From the NCBI GenBank assembly GCA_963666365.2, contig CAXXNF010000002.1, positions 2,406,667 to 2,470,666 of the forward strand: a stretch of 64,000 nt of DNA. The letters are read 5' to 3'. The notes beneath the pieces were generated by a model. It searched no databases. It saw nothing but the letters and a program-made list of their open reading frames with translations, and was not told the origin of the DNA. Below are positions 38,666 to 48,087 of the stretch, piece by piece. The translations under genes were made by a program, and so were the position numbers. The DNA comes from Syntrophales bacterium (lineage in GTDB: Bacteria; Desulfobacterota; Syntrophia; Syntrophales; UBA2210). Within the stretch, counting starts at the first letter, position 1, and each line of letters begins with the position of its first letter.

Positions 38666-39286
38666 TTACTGCTTCATCATCTCCGCCCCGAGATCGAAGG
38701 CCTTGAGGTTATCGGGTAATTTATCCCCGGGCAGGCTTCGTGATATGACGGCGCTGAAATCGTCTCGATTGATGGGGAGATCCCCCACAGCGGAAACGGC
38801 GCCGATCATAATGATGTTCCCCAGGATTGAATTCCCCAGCTTGACCGCCTCGTCAGTCGCATCGAGAAGCCAGACCTTCGATGCCAGCTTCTTCAGCGTC
38901 GCTTCTATTTCTGTAATATCAGGGTAGGCCGACTCGCCGGCGATAACCCCTGCGGGATAAATCGGCCGCGTATTGGTAAGCACCTTCACATCGGGATTAC
39001 CGTAATTTGCAAGTACCCTGATTGCCTCGATCGGTTCCAGTGTCACTACCATATGCGCACGGCCTTTCGGCACCTGGGGACTCCAGGTGGACTGAGAGGA
39101 TACGCGAATGTGACTCATTACGGACCCTCCCCGCTGTGACGCGCCGAAGGTCTCTCCGATGGTGACATAATATCCTTTCTGCACCAGCATGTTCGACAAC
39201 ACCCGCGAGGCCATGACGTTTCCCTGGCCGCCCACGCCCGTGATTATCACATTGTAGGGGTCACTCGATAATTGTGTTGCTGTCAT
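38666..39286 (-). CDS. iorB: Indolepyruvate:ferredoxin oxidoreductase beta subunit family
   Basis: GVGGQG, ETFGASQRGGSVMSHIR. Start MTATQ at 39286 with a GGAGG RBS. Confidence 0.88.
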   Translation of the reverse strand: MTATQLSSDPYNVIITGVGGQGNVMASRVLSNMLVQKGYYVTIGETFGASQRGGSVMSHIRVSSQSTWSPQVPKGRAHMVVTLEPIEAIRVLANYGNPDVKVLTNTRPIYPAGVIAGESAYPDITEIEATLKKLASKVWLLDATDEAVKLGNSILGNIIMIGAVSAVGDLPINRDDFSAVISRSLPGDKLPDNLKAFDLGAEMMKQ

Positions 39287-39288
39287 CG

Positions 39289-41226
39289 TTACGCCACCTC
39301 CTCCCGCGTAATGGCATGCTGGGGACAGACATCGGCACAGACACCGCATCCCACGCATATCACCTGATCTATTTCCGCCTTCTTCTTTGTTTCATTCCAG
39401 ACGAGACCGGGACAACGGAACACACGGGTACAGAAGCGGCCGCATCCGCATTCCTCGCCCAGACAGATCGTCTCGTCCACCTTCATTTCATAGTCTTTTT
39501 TGTTTTTACGTTGCGGACTCAGCGCACAGGCCTTGCGCATGATCAGCACCTTTACCCCGCCCTTGTCCTCGATGAGCTCGTTCAACATCTCCTGAGTCCC
39601 TTCGAGATCGAAAGGATCGGTGATCTCGACGCGGGCGCCGATGGCCTCGCATATTTTGGCCACATCAATGGCAGGCACCTCATCGCCGAGCACATTGTGA
39701 TCAAGACCGGGATGGGGTTGGAAGCCCGTCATGGCCGTGCCGCTGTTGTCGAGCACCACCAGGGTGATATCGGCCTTATTATGCACCGCATTTACCAGGG
39801 CCGGAATCACGGCATGATAGAAGGTGGAATCGCCGCATACTGTCAGGACCGGCTGATCCATGCCGAACTGCCCGAGTTTTCCGAACCCGCTGGCGACCCC
39901 CATACCGGACCCCATGGCATGGAGCGTCTTGAGCGTCTCAAACCCCGTGGGTCTGATGGCCATCGAGTAACAGCCTATATCGCCGCAGACGAACCCTTTG
40001 CGACCGTCCAGTTCGAGGGCGTTATGTATACTGAAAAAGGAGGCGCGATGGGGGCAGCCGGGACAGAACACCTGATCCCGCACGGGCGCCCCCACAAAGG
40101 CGGACAGTTTCGCCGACTGATCATATTCGGCCGACACCGGCACATAGTCGATCCCCAGGACCTTCGAAAGACCTGCAATGACGATGTCCGGATTCAGTTC
40201 ATTCGTCATGGGAATCGTGCCGTCGTTCTTCCCGTAAAAGGTTTTCACACCTATCTCGGCCGCCTGCTCGGCAGCGAGAATTTTTACGTTTTCCTCGAGG
40301 AAGGGAAGCACCTCCTCTACGATCATCACCCTGTCGGTTCTCGAAAGGTTTTTCGCCAGCAATTTCGGAGGCAGCGGCCAGGTGGTACCCAGTTTTAAAA
40401 GTCCCACCCGATCTTCCACACCAAGCACGTTTATCGCCTCCTTGCTGTAGAGATAACAGGCGCTGCCGGTAATGAGCAGCAGTTCCGGCGCTTCCGGTCC
40501 TTCGTAGGTATTGAAAGGACAGTCTTCAAAGATCTCCCTGGCCCTTTTCACCTTTTCCTGCTGCTGCTGATGCTTCCAGTCCACCGGGGCGCTGATGACC
40601 ACCCCTTCATCCGGATCGAGGATAAATCCGTTGTATTTGAATTCGGCCTTCCTCTCTCCTTCGGCAAGCGCTCCGTAGGTTATGTTGCCGCTGGCATGGG
40701 ACATGCGGGTCACGCTCCGCACCACCACGATCTGCTTCAACTCTTCCGAAAGCTCAAAGGCCCACTTGGTCATGTCTTTTGCTTCCTGAAAATTCCCCGG
40801 CTCCAGAAGCGGTATCTCCATGAGCCGGGAAAAATACCGCGATTCGCCCTCATTGACGCTGGAAAGCGCCCCCGGATCGTCGCAGGTAACCAACACAAGG
40901 CCGCCCCTCGTCCCCGAACCAACCAGATGGAGAAGAAAATCGGATGCCACATTTACCCCGTTCTGCTTCATGGCGCAGAGGGCCCGCAGCTGGGCAAAGG
41001 AGGCCGCAGCGGCCACTTCAAGGGCAACCTTTTCGTTTACGGACCATTCCACATAGAGATTGCGTTCCGTCGCAACCTTGGAGAGACTTTCGATGATTTC
41101 CGATGAGGGCGTTCCCGGATACCCGCTGGCGACATTCACACCGGCCTCCAGGGCGCCCCTCACAATTGCTTCGTTTCCCATCACCAGATAGGAAGCGCCT
41201 TCTTTTGTATCTGTCAAATAGGACAT
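39289..41226 (-). CDS. iorA: Indolepyruvate:ferredoxin oxidoreductase alpha subunit family
   Basis: GYPGTPSSEI, NEKVALE, CPGCPHR, GDIGCY, TPP motif GDSTF...DN, C-terminal ferredoxin. Confidence 0.92.
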   Translation of the reverse strand: MSYLTDTKEGASYLVMGNEAIVRGALEAGVNVASGYPGTPSSEIIESLSKVATERNLYVEWSVNEKVALEVAAAASFAQLRALCAMKQNGVNVASDFLLHLVGSGTRGGLVLVTCDDPGALSSVNEGESRYFSRLMEIPLLEPGNFQEAKDMTKWAFELSEELKQIVVVRSVTRMSHASGNITYGALAEGERKAEFKYNGFILDPDEGVVISAPVDWKHQQQQEKVKRAREIFEDCPFNTYEGPEAPELLLITGSACYLYSKEAINVLGVEDRVGLLKLGTTWPLPPKLLAKNLSRTDRVMIVEEVLPFLEENVKILAAEQAAEIGVKTFYGKNDGTIPMTNELNPDIVIAGLSKVLGIDYVPVSAEYDQSAKLSAFVGAPVRDQVFCPGCPHRASFFSIHNALELDGRKGFVCGDIGCYSMAIRPTGFETLKTLHAMGSGMGVASGFGKLGQFGMDQPVLTVCGDSTFYHAVIPALVNAVHNKADITLVVLDNSGTAMTGFQPHPGLDHNVLGDEVPAIDVAKICEAIGARVEITDPFDLEGTQEMLNELIEDKGGVKVLIMRKACALSPQRKNKKDYEMKVDETICLGEECGCGRFCTRVFRCPGLVWNETKKKAEIDQVICVGCGVCADVCPQHAITREEVA

Positions 41227-41243
41227 GGTGACCTCCCCGTTTC

Positions 41244-42374
41244 TTATGCAATCAGCCGATCGACAACACTGACGCTCATCCGTAAATAGGCTTTCGACCC
41301 TTCGTCCGCCGTATTAACCATGCCGTGCGCGTGCGCCTTGGCAAGACCGCGCTTCTTTTTGTTCCCGGCCGCCCAGGCAAGATGTTCAAGGTTTTCCTTC
41401 GGCATATCGGAAATGGTCAGATACCCTTGCTTTTGAGCCTCCTCGACAATCCTGCGTCCTCGGTCGGTCCTGACAATCAGCGTATTCATATCGGGACGCC
41501 CTTCCATTACGCCGACGGACACATCGGAAAATTCGGAGGTCATGTCGATGCAGTAGGAACACCCTTCCGGCACAAGCTCCCGTATTTCGGCAAGGGGAAT
41601 TTCCAACGTGGTTCCGTCGTCACCGAAAATCTGCAGTATCTCCGAAGGGGGAGGTGGAATGTCTATTTTTTTGATTCGGCTGATCTCGATTCTCTCGGAA
41701 ACAAAGGGTTCAAAGAGCCTGAAGTCGATGGCCCAGGTGCAGAAAAGCCCCACCACAAGACCAAAGGGATCGACAAAGTCCTCTTTTTGGAGAGGATTGG
41801 TGCGCATCTGCGCCGCAGCAAGCACCTGACAGGGGGTTCCCACTACGCCGATGTTGGCAGCTCCCTCTTTAACGGCCCGATTCAATGCCGAGAGCGTCGG
41901 CGCCGCCGTATATTTCGACTGCGTACAGGAAAGCACGTCCTCGGGATCGGTGACGAAGCGAGGCTCGGGCAGCAGCCCTTTTCGGTCCGTCAATACCGCG
42001 CCGTCGATGTAACCCTTTTTGAGGGCAAAGTACATGAGGGTTGACACTGTTCCACCGGCCTGCGGTGCGATATCTTTCATCGCGGCGCCGGCCCGCGCCA
42101 TCATTATCGACTGGTATGACCCCAGGGGATTGTCGCTGTAAGGTGCGTTGAAAAACTTCTGCGAAAGCTCGTCGAGATTTACCTCGATCTTGGGACAGTA
42201 GGCAAAGCAGCGCCCCTCATCAATGATACAGGGAAACAGCACCGCAGTTTTCCCCCTGTACGACCGGTAATAGGGGCAGAGATCAATGCAGGCCCCGCAA
42301 CCCGTACAGAGTCCGGCCTCAAGAACCTTTGCGCGGAGTTCCTGCTGCCCTCTGTTAAGAACTTTATCTTCCAT
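41244..42374 (-). CDS. FrhB/FdhB (F420 hydrogenase/dehydrogenase beta subunit) family Fe-S flavoprotein
   Basis: CTGCGACIDLCP, GGTVSTL, SKYT, VGTPCQ, GLFC, CSYCID, DVSVG. Likely start MEDKV at 42374 (alternative 42410). Confidence 0.85.
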   Translation of the reverse strand: MEDKVLNRGQQELRAKVLEAGLCTGCGACIDLCPYYRSYRGKTAVLFPCIIDEGRCFAYCPKIEVNLDELSQKFFNAPYSDNPLGSYQSIMMARAGAAMKDIAPQAGGTVSTLMYFALKKGYIDGAVLTDRKGLLPEPRFVTDPEDVLSCTQSKYTAAPTLSALNRAVKEGAANIGVVGTPCQVLAAAQMRTNPLQKEDFVDPFGLVVGLFCTWAIDFRLFEPFVSERIEISRIKKIDIPPPPSEILQIFGDDGTTLEIPLAEIRELVPEGCSYCIDMTSEFSDVSVGVMEGRPDMNTLIVRTDRGRRIVEEAQKQGYLTISDMPKENLEHLAWAAGNKKKRGLAKAHAHGMVNTADEGSKAYLRMSVSVVDRLIA

Positions 42375-42576
42375 CCGATCCAACCTCCCTCCGTTTTTGT
42401 TGATACTCATGGGTGAAACGTCACAATCGGGAAACGGAAAAATCCGGGCGCCTTCAGGCGGCCCATTCTTTCCCTAATAAAAAATACCAGGCCTTCACAT
42501 TGGAAGGATGAAGTGTTACGTACCTGTTTCTGTGCGTACTGTCAACGATTTCTTAATCGAATGAACCGGATGGGTC

Positions 42577-43656
42577 TCATGGGCAGACCTCGCGCAACGC
42601 ATCGACAAGGATCATGTTTTCTTCCCTCCTTTTGACGGCCACCCGAAAAAACCGCCCACCCAGTCCCCGGTAGTGCGAACAGTCGCGGATGGCAATGTTG
42701 GATGCGAGCATGCGCTCTCTCAGTTCCGGCGCATCAAAGGGAATAGCATCATCCATGTACACAAGAAGATAGTTGGCCACACCGGGCATCACGCTGAATC
42801 CCTCGATACTCGACAGTTCGTTCTCGAGATGCGTCCGTTCCCGTTTCATGTATTCACGGCTCTTTCGAATGTATGACGAATCACTCAGCGCCGCGGCGGC
42901 GGCCAGCTGCGCCGGCGCATTGACCGTCCAGGGAGGCATATCGTCTAGAATTCGTGTGATTATCCCGGCGTCTGCAATACAATACCCGACACGGAGACCG
43001 GGAATGCCGAAAAATTTTGTCATTGATCGGAGAATCACCACACTCTTCGATTGGACAGCCCGTTTTTTGATCGATTCCTCTTCAACAAAATCGATGAAGG
43101 CCTCGTCGATCACCATCATTGTTCCCGCTTGTTCGGCGGCGCCTATCAGCCTATGCAGACGTTCTTTCTCCGTGAGGACTCCCGATGGACTGGCGGGATT
43201 GCCGAGGCACACCATATCGATGCCGCCCGCGATCTGTGCTGCCAGCATCTTTGTGTCAACGTGGAATCCCTCTTCCCTGCGGGTCTGAAAAAAAGTGATA
43301 TCGGCGCCTGCCAGCAGCAGTCCCTTCTCATATTCGCTGAAGGCGGGCGTGACGATCAACGCCTTTTGCGGCCTGAAGAGGAGCGGAAGCCAGTAGATAA
43401 ATTCCGTGGCGCCGTTTCCGACAAGAATGTTTTCGAAGGCGATCCCGTGGTACTCGGCCAGCGCCCTCGTGAGGTCATGGGAATCGGGATCAGGATAGGT
43501 GAGGATGCACTCCATGCTATCCATTACCTTCCTGCGGACCTCGTCAGGATATCCGAGAGGGTTGATATTCGCGCTGAAATCGATAATCGAATTCTTTGAG
43601 ATCCCCCTTTCACGGGCAAGGGCATGCACATTGCCGCCATGGTCTCGTTTATCCAT
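42577..43656 (-). CDS. cobD: L-threonine-O-3-phosphate decarboxylase
   Basis: HGGN, DFSANINPLG, GNGATE, DEAFIDF, RSMTKFFGIPGLRVGY; adjacent to cbiB. Confidence 0.9.
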   Translation of the reverse strand: MDKRDHGGNVHALARERGISKNSIIDFSANINPLGYPDEVRRKVMDSMECILTYPDPDSHDLTRALAEYHGIAFENILVGNGATEFIYWLPLLFRPQKALIVTPAFSEYEKGLLLAGADITFFQTRREEGFHVDTKMLAAQIAGGIDMVCLGNPASPSGVLTEKERLHRLIGAAEQAGTMMVIDEAFIDFVEEESIKKRAVQSKSVVILRSMTKFFGIPGLRVGYCIADAGIITRILDDMPPWTVNAPAQLAAAAALSDSSYIRKSREYMKRERTHLENELSSIEGFSVMPGVANYLLVYMDDAIPFDAPELRERMLASNIAIRDCSHYRGLGGRFFRVAVKRREENMILVDALREVCP

Positions 43657-44599
43657 GATACACCACCACAAGAACAATCAGCACCAGAATGGCCATTGCA
43701 GAGGATGAAAAAACCATGATGCGCCAGGCCACCCGAATATCCCCAGTGTCTATCGTCTTGTGCCTGTCACCGATTGTAGGTTTTTCTAGAGGCTTCCCAA
43801 AGTACATATGGGCGCCGCCCACCCTGAGACCGAGGGCGCCCGCCATCGCCGCTTCCGGAATCCCACTGTTCGGACTGAGGTGATTCCTGCCGTCACGGCG
43901 CATGATGCGCCAGGCATTGCGGCCGTTGAGGCCCAGGACAAAGGCGCCCGCCACAACGAGCCACCCCGTCAGCCGTGCCGGTATCCAGTTGGCAATATCA
44001 TCCGCGCGCGCGGAACACCACCCCATATCCCGGTATCGCTCGTCGCGGTACCCCACCATGGAATCGAGCGTATTGACCGCCTTATAGGCAAGCGCCAGAG
44101 GAAAGCCTCCCAGCAGGAGATAGCACATCGGGGCGATAATTCCGTCGGAGATATTCTCCGCCACCGTTTCAACCACGGCCTGAAGAATTTCTTCTTCCCC
44201 AAGGTCCTCCGTATCCCGACCCACGATCATGGATAGTTTCATGCGCGCCGCGGGTAGATCTCCTTTTTCAACCTCAACGACAACTGCCTTGCTTTGATCG
44301 AAGAGAGACCGCGTGGCCAGTGTCGTCCACGCACCGGCGATCACCACCACTGCCCCAAAAGCACTATGAATCCAGTATGCCACCGCCTGGAGCAGATATG
44401 CGCCCCCGTACGTCCCTGCCACAACGACCAGCCAGAGGAGCGCCCCGCCCCGCCTCAAATCGGAAAAGTGACGCCGAACCAGCCCCTCACACCGGCGCAC
44501 TCCCCACCCGATTATCTGAACGGGGTGGGGGATGCAGCGTGGATCTCCGAGCAGCATATCCAGGACATAGGCCATGGCAAAATGGAACGGGGCAATCAT
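43649..44599 (-). CDS. cbiB: Adenosylcobinamide-phosphate synthase
   Basis: GDP..IPHPV, IVGRDT, ETVAEN, YKAVNTLDSMVGY, SPNSG.PEAAMAG. Confidence 0.94.
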   Translation of the reverse strand: MIAPFHFAMAYVLDMLLGDPRCIPHPVQIIGWGVRRCEGLVRRHFSDLRRGGALLWLVVVAGTYGGAYLLQAVAYWIHSAFGAVVVIAGAWTTLATRSLFDQSKAVVVEVEKGDLPAARMKLSMIVGRDTEDLGEEEILQAVVETVAENISDGIIAPMCYLLLGGFPLALAYKAVNTLDSMVGYRDERYRDMGWCSARADDIANWIPARLTGWLVVAGAFVLGLNGRNAWRIMRRDGRNHLSPNSGIPEAAMAGALGLRVGGAHMYFGKPLEKPTIGDRHKTIDTGDIRVAWRIMVFSSSAMAILVLIVLVVVYHG

Positions 44600-44686
44600 T
44601 ACAGCGCCTTTGCACAATCAATAGCAATAATTTGAGGGCATATTATCATCGAACAGTCCATATGTTGAGTCGATAAAATAGTTCGT

Positions 44687-46036
44687 TCATTTCTTCACCT
44701 CATATTTTGACCAGAAGCTTTGTTTTCGGCCATGGTCCTGAATAATCTTTTCTTTGAAAGCTTCATGATGAGTAAATTCTTTCCAGTCGGAAATGCGTAC
44801 CGCCAGCGTATCCAACTTCTTCAAATAGCGGACACCATGGGAATAGGCCTTGGTGTAGCCCCGTTCCAGAATCGAAATCAGCAGGCTGCGGAACATCAGA
44901 CTGGCAGCAAGATATCGGCCTTCCGATTCCATCGCTTCGGCTAAAGAAAGCAGGCTGCTGTAATGCCTGCCATCGAGCTGGTCGGCCCGTTTAAGAAGGT
45001 AAGCTTCGGCTTCATTTATCTTCCCGATTGCAACCAGGAACTCTGCATCCGACGCCTTGAGAGTGCTGCTTTCCAGAATCTGCACCACCTCACCGGCTAT
45101 GACGTCATCCCGCTTGCCATGGCCAATCACATCGAGAAGTGCCTGCAGGGTGTCAATGGAATGACAGGATCTGAATTTCCGGCACAAAAGCTCCGTCAGT
45201 TTTGCGGAATCACCCTTTTTTTGATAGATTTCCAGCAGCAACTGATCACGTTCATAGGCTTGAAACGTTTCTCCCTCGGGAATTTTCTTCAGCCACGAAT
45301 GGGCTGTTTCAACATCTCCACTTTCCAGATACGCCCGGGCAATATCGACAAGCGCCGCAGTGGACAGCGTTCCCCATGAAGCGATGCGGGTCTTTTCAAA
45401 GAGCTTTGCATCCTTGATCTGGCGGGCCAGCAATTCAATCAGCAGCAGGGGATGATTTATGCCATATTTAACTTTTTCTTTATCTGCCCATTTCTGAAGG
45501 GTGGCAATCATTGTTCGGATAACCGCTTCAGGCAGACATTCCCCGGCACAGTCAATCAATGTATCACGGATGCCGTAGTCATCATTTTGATTCACCTTCA
45601 GAATGATGTCTGCAATTTTTTCTTTATCGGTACAGCGCAAGGCATAGTCCACAAACAGCTCTTTGGCAGCATAGCGGAACACATCGCCAATATTTCCGCT
45701 GGAGTCATCGCACATCTCAAAAATAATACTGTCGGCCTCATAAAACGCTGCGACGAGCTCAACGCCGGTGAGAGGATCGTTAACGCCGGCTTTTAAATCC
45801 TGCAATAGCATTTCAAGCTCCCGGGCAAAACCGGCGGCGCCCCGCCAGTCAATAAACCGTTTTGAACGTTTCAGGCCCGAAAGTTTCCTTTTGAAACGCT
45901 GAATATTTTCTTTCGGCGTGGCAAGCAGCCGTTCAATCAGGTCATCGGCTAAATCTGAATGAACGGCAAGCTCCAGCAGGGCATCTGCAAGCGCATCCGC
46001 ACCGAGGTCGATCAGTTTTTGTTTTCGGTCATTCAT
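44687..46036 (-). CDS. Helical hypothetical protein (resembles DUF6880-type proteins)
   Basis: 449-aa ORF with CDDSSGNIGDVF, DDYG and KAYSHGVRYL...HGRKQSFW; ATGA-coupled to the upstream gene. Family name is from recall only. Confidence 0.65.
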   Translation of the reverse strand: MNDRKQKLIDLGADALADALLELAVHSDLADDLIERLLATPKENIQRFKRKLSGLKRSKRFIDWRGAAGFARELEMLLQDLKAGVNDPLTGVELVAAFYEADSIIFEMCDDSSGNIGDVFRYAAKELFVDYALRCTDKEKIADIILKVNQNDDYGIRDTLIDCAGECLPEAVIRTMIATLQKWADKEKVKYGINHPLLLIELLARQIKDAKLFEKTRIASWGTLSTAALVDIARAYLESGDVETAHSWLKKIPEGETFQAYERDQLLLEIYQKKGDSAKLTELLCRKFRSCHSIDTLQALLDVIGHGKRDDVIAGEVVQILESSTLKASDAEFLVAIGKINEAEAYLLKRADQLDGRHYSSLLSLAEAMESEGRYLAASLMFRSLLISILERGYTKAYSHGVRYLKKLDTLAVRISDWKEFTHHEAFKEKIIQDHGRKQSFWSKYEVKK

Positions 46037-46590
46037 CTGTTGTTCCTTCGTTTTGCGCTGCGCACACGATAAAGGCGCTCCGTAAAACCGCCTTCGTTTT
46101 CAAAATCCTTTGCCAGCCCCTCGACCTGACGGTCGAGGAGTGAACAGGCTACTGTTAAAAGCACCAATGCAGCATTTGCTGAGATGTCGGGATAGATTCT
46201 GGTGGACAACATGGACGTAGTGGACTCTGTGGACGATATCCCTTGTTTGCTGTTCTGTCCACACGGTTCACCGCGTTCACTCTGTCTATAAAATCGACTC
46301 ACTTCCTTGACCCACGCCGCCACCTCATCAGCGGTTTGACACCGCCGATCAATCAGCGCTTGCCGGAGCGGATTATCTTTTCTCCACTACGGCAGTCCCC
46401 GCTGCCGCAGAAAATCTTCATAATCCAGCGTCAGCTCTTCCAGACTGGCACGAGCCACCTGCGTGAGTTTCAGTTCGGTCTTCTTCGAGGTTGCCGAGGC
46501 CTGTGAGCCCTCGGCAATATTCTGAACACCGGATCGCGCTGCCTGTACCATCTGATCCTTTGTCCGGCTGAATTTATCAATGTACCGGTT
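46033..46590 (-). pseudogene. Four-helix-bundle (23S rRNA IVP-like) protein with suffix domain; 5'-truncated, with an in-frame TAG
   Basis: RTKDQMVQAARSGVQNIAEGS...ARASLEEL.LDYEDFLRQRGLP*WRKD...F.NEGGFTERLYRVR; TAG at 46387-46389 with the same frame on both sides. Confidence 0.85.
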
Positions 46591-46887
46591 TATTGAAATA
46601 TTATTGAGTTTCTTAGTCATTCAGGCGTCCCAGTTCTTTCTGTGTTGCGCAAAATGATTTATTTGATGAAATAGTCGAAGCGTTTCGGCGGTATCAGCAG
46701 AAAATAGCGGAGCAGGAGGGCACTTTGCACAACCCGGTCCCACCGGGCTTGAGCCCGAAAGGGAACCTGAAAAACAGAGAATAAAGGGCCAAGAAAGAAG
46801 GGGGTGTAACAAAATTTCTTGAAAATCGAGTGTTTTTACACTGTCCGGGCAGAAACTATTACTTGTAGCCCCTTATTTTATAAAAAC

Positions 46888-46937
46888 AAACAAACCGATT
46901 CTGGTTTGCCGGACTCGGCAACAGGATCGGTTTGTTT
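46888..46937 (-). terminator. Terminator hairpin downstream of tRNA-Ala
   Basis: AAACAAACCGATTCTG...CAGGATCGGTTTGTTT, followed by T-rich sequence on the minus strand. Confidence 0.7.
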
Positions 46938-46946
46938 AAAAGTTAA

Positions 46947-47022
<76 letters not shown>

Positions 47023-47086
47023 GCAGTACGTTCACAAACAGACGGTTTAGCTAGCACAGGGTTTTTCTCTTGTCAATATAATTTTC

Positions 47087-47114
47087 TTGACAATTGACCC
47101 TCCCCCGTTATAAT
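47087..47114 (+). promoter_or_regulatory. Consensus sigma70 promoter of tRNA-Leu
   Basis: TTGACA-16-TATAAT followed by a GC-rich discriminator. Confidence 0.8.
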
Positions 47115-47124
47115 CGGGCCCATC

Positions 47125-47211
47125 GCCGGAGTGGTGAAACTGGTAGACGCAGGGGACTCAAAATCCCCCGACCGCAAGGTCATCTCGGTTCGATTCCGAG
47201 CTCCGGCACCA
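47125..47211 (+). tRNA. tRNA-Leu (CAA)
   Basis: GCCGGAGTGGTGAAACTGGTAGACGCAGGGGACTCAAAATCCCC...GGTTCGATTCCGAGCTCCGGCACCA; 87 nt with long variable arm. Confidence 0.97.
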
Positions 47212-47220
47212 TTTAAAATC

Positions 47221-47255
47221 AAGGGGTTGCAGCCTTCAAGGTTGTAACCCTTTTT
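47221..47255 (+). terminator. Intrinsic terminator after tRNA-Leu
   Basis: AAGGGGTTGCAGCC-TTCAA-GGTTGTAACCC-TTTTT. Confidence 0.75.
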
Positions 47256-47418
47256 ATTGGATTGGCCTATTGTAACCATTTCGTAACTGTCCAGATTGTC
47301 TTTCTCTGAATTCTTGCCTCTTTCTAGCGGTTTCCTTCAGGTCGTCCTGTGAAACGATGTTGTATCGATCAAATACACTTCGAGTCTTATGACCAGCAAT
47401 TTCCATCACGACACGATT
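47254..47418 (-). pseudogene. C-terminal remnant of a tyrosine recombinase/integrase
   Basis: Manual translation [29 protein letters not shown]...*, containing the box II GH...Y motif; points toward the tRNA-Leu 3' end. Confidence 0.88.
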
Positions 47419-47449
47419 TCATTCAAGGAACATCCCCACCGGACAGTTG

Positions 47450-47478
47450 TTGACATTCATTTTTTTGCCTGTTATAGA
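47450..47478 (+). promoter_or_regulatory. Sigma70-type promoter candidate
   Basis: TTGACA-17-TATAGA. Confidence 0.45.
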
Positions 47479-48087
47479 TGAAGCGTCTGGACATAAAGGG
47501 AACCGCACCGGGTGAATGGCAGGCACGATATGGTACAGTCTGCTCTGCCTCTCTTCTGGTGTATGCGCATATTCACATATCTAGCGCAACGCAGGGTTCA
47601 GAACATTACAGCTAATTACTTTACTTTTTCGCCTTGATTGCACTGTTTGATCTTTGACAGCTTGAACGTAAGCAAAAGCTGCCCCATATCTTACCAATGC
47701 ATGATTGTGCAGTTTTCCGGCGAAAAGCCCTCTTTAATTGAGATTTAAACAGGTCGAAAAGAATGCGTTACAATGCCTCGACTAAAAAGACGCCGGCAAA
47801 GTCATCGCAACCAATCCAGAGTAGATCGACGAAAACTCGATCATCTTTGTCCTGATGACATACATAGCCAAATCATACAGTCAAAGCTATTTATGCCCGA
47901 TTCTGCCCTGAAAGCCAGGAAAAACTGGGCATATCGGTTTATGACAGGCGTCCTGCCAAAGGCTTCAAACTGCAGAAAGGAGGTAATGAGACAGAGACTG
48001 ACGTTATTGCAACATAGGATTTAATCCCGACAAAGAATAATAAGAACGACAAAAAAATCGTTCTAATACTAACGTAAGGAGAAAATC

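Noticed and set aside
44600..44686. Cobalamin riboswitch upstream of cbiB (also checked upstream of the mutase operon)
   Set aside because: The region is too short and no B12-box or other conserved riboswitch core was recognised.
46387..46389. Pyrrolysine or programmed readthrough of the in-frame TAG
   Set aside because: The gene is also 5'-truncated, no pyl genes are in view, and a simple nonsense mutation or base error explains it.
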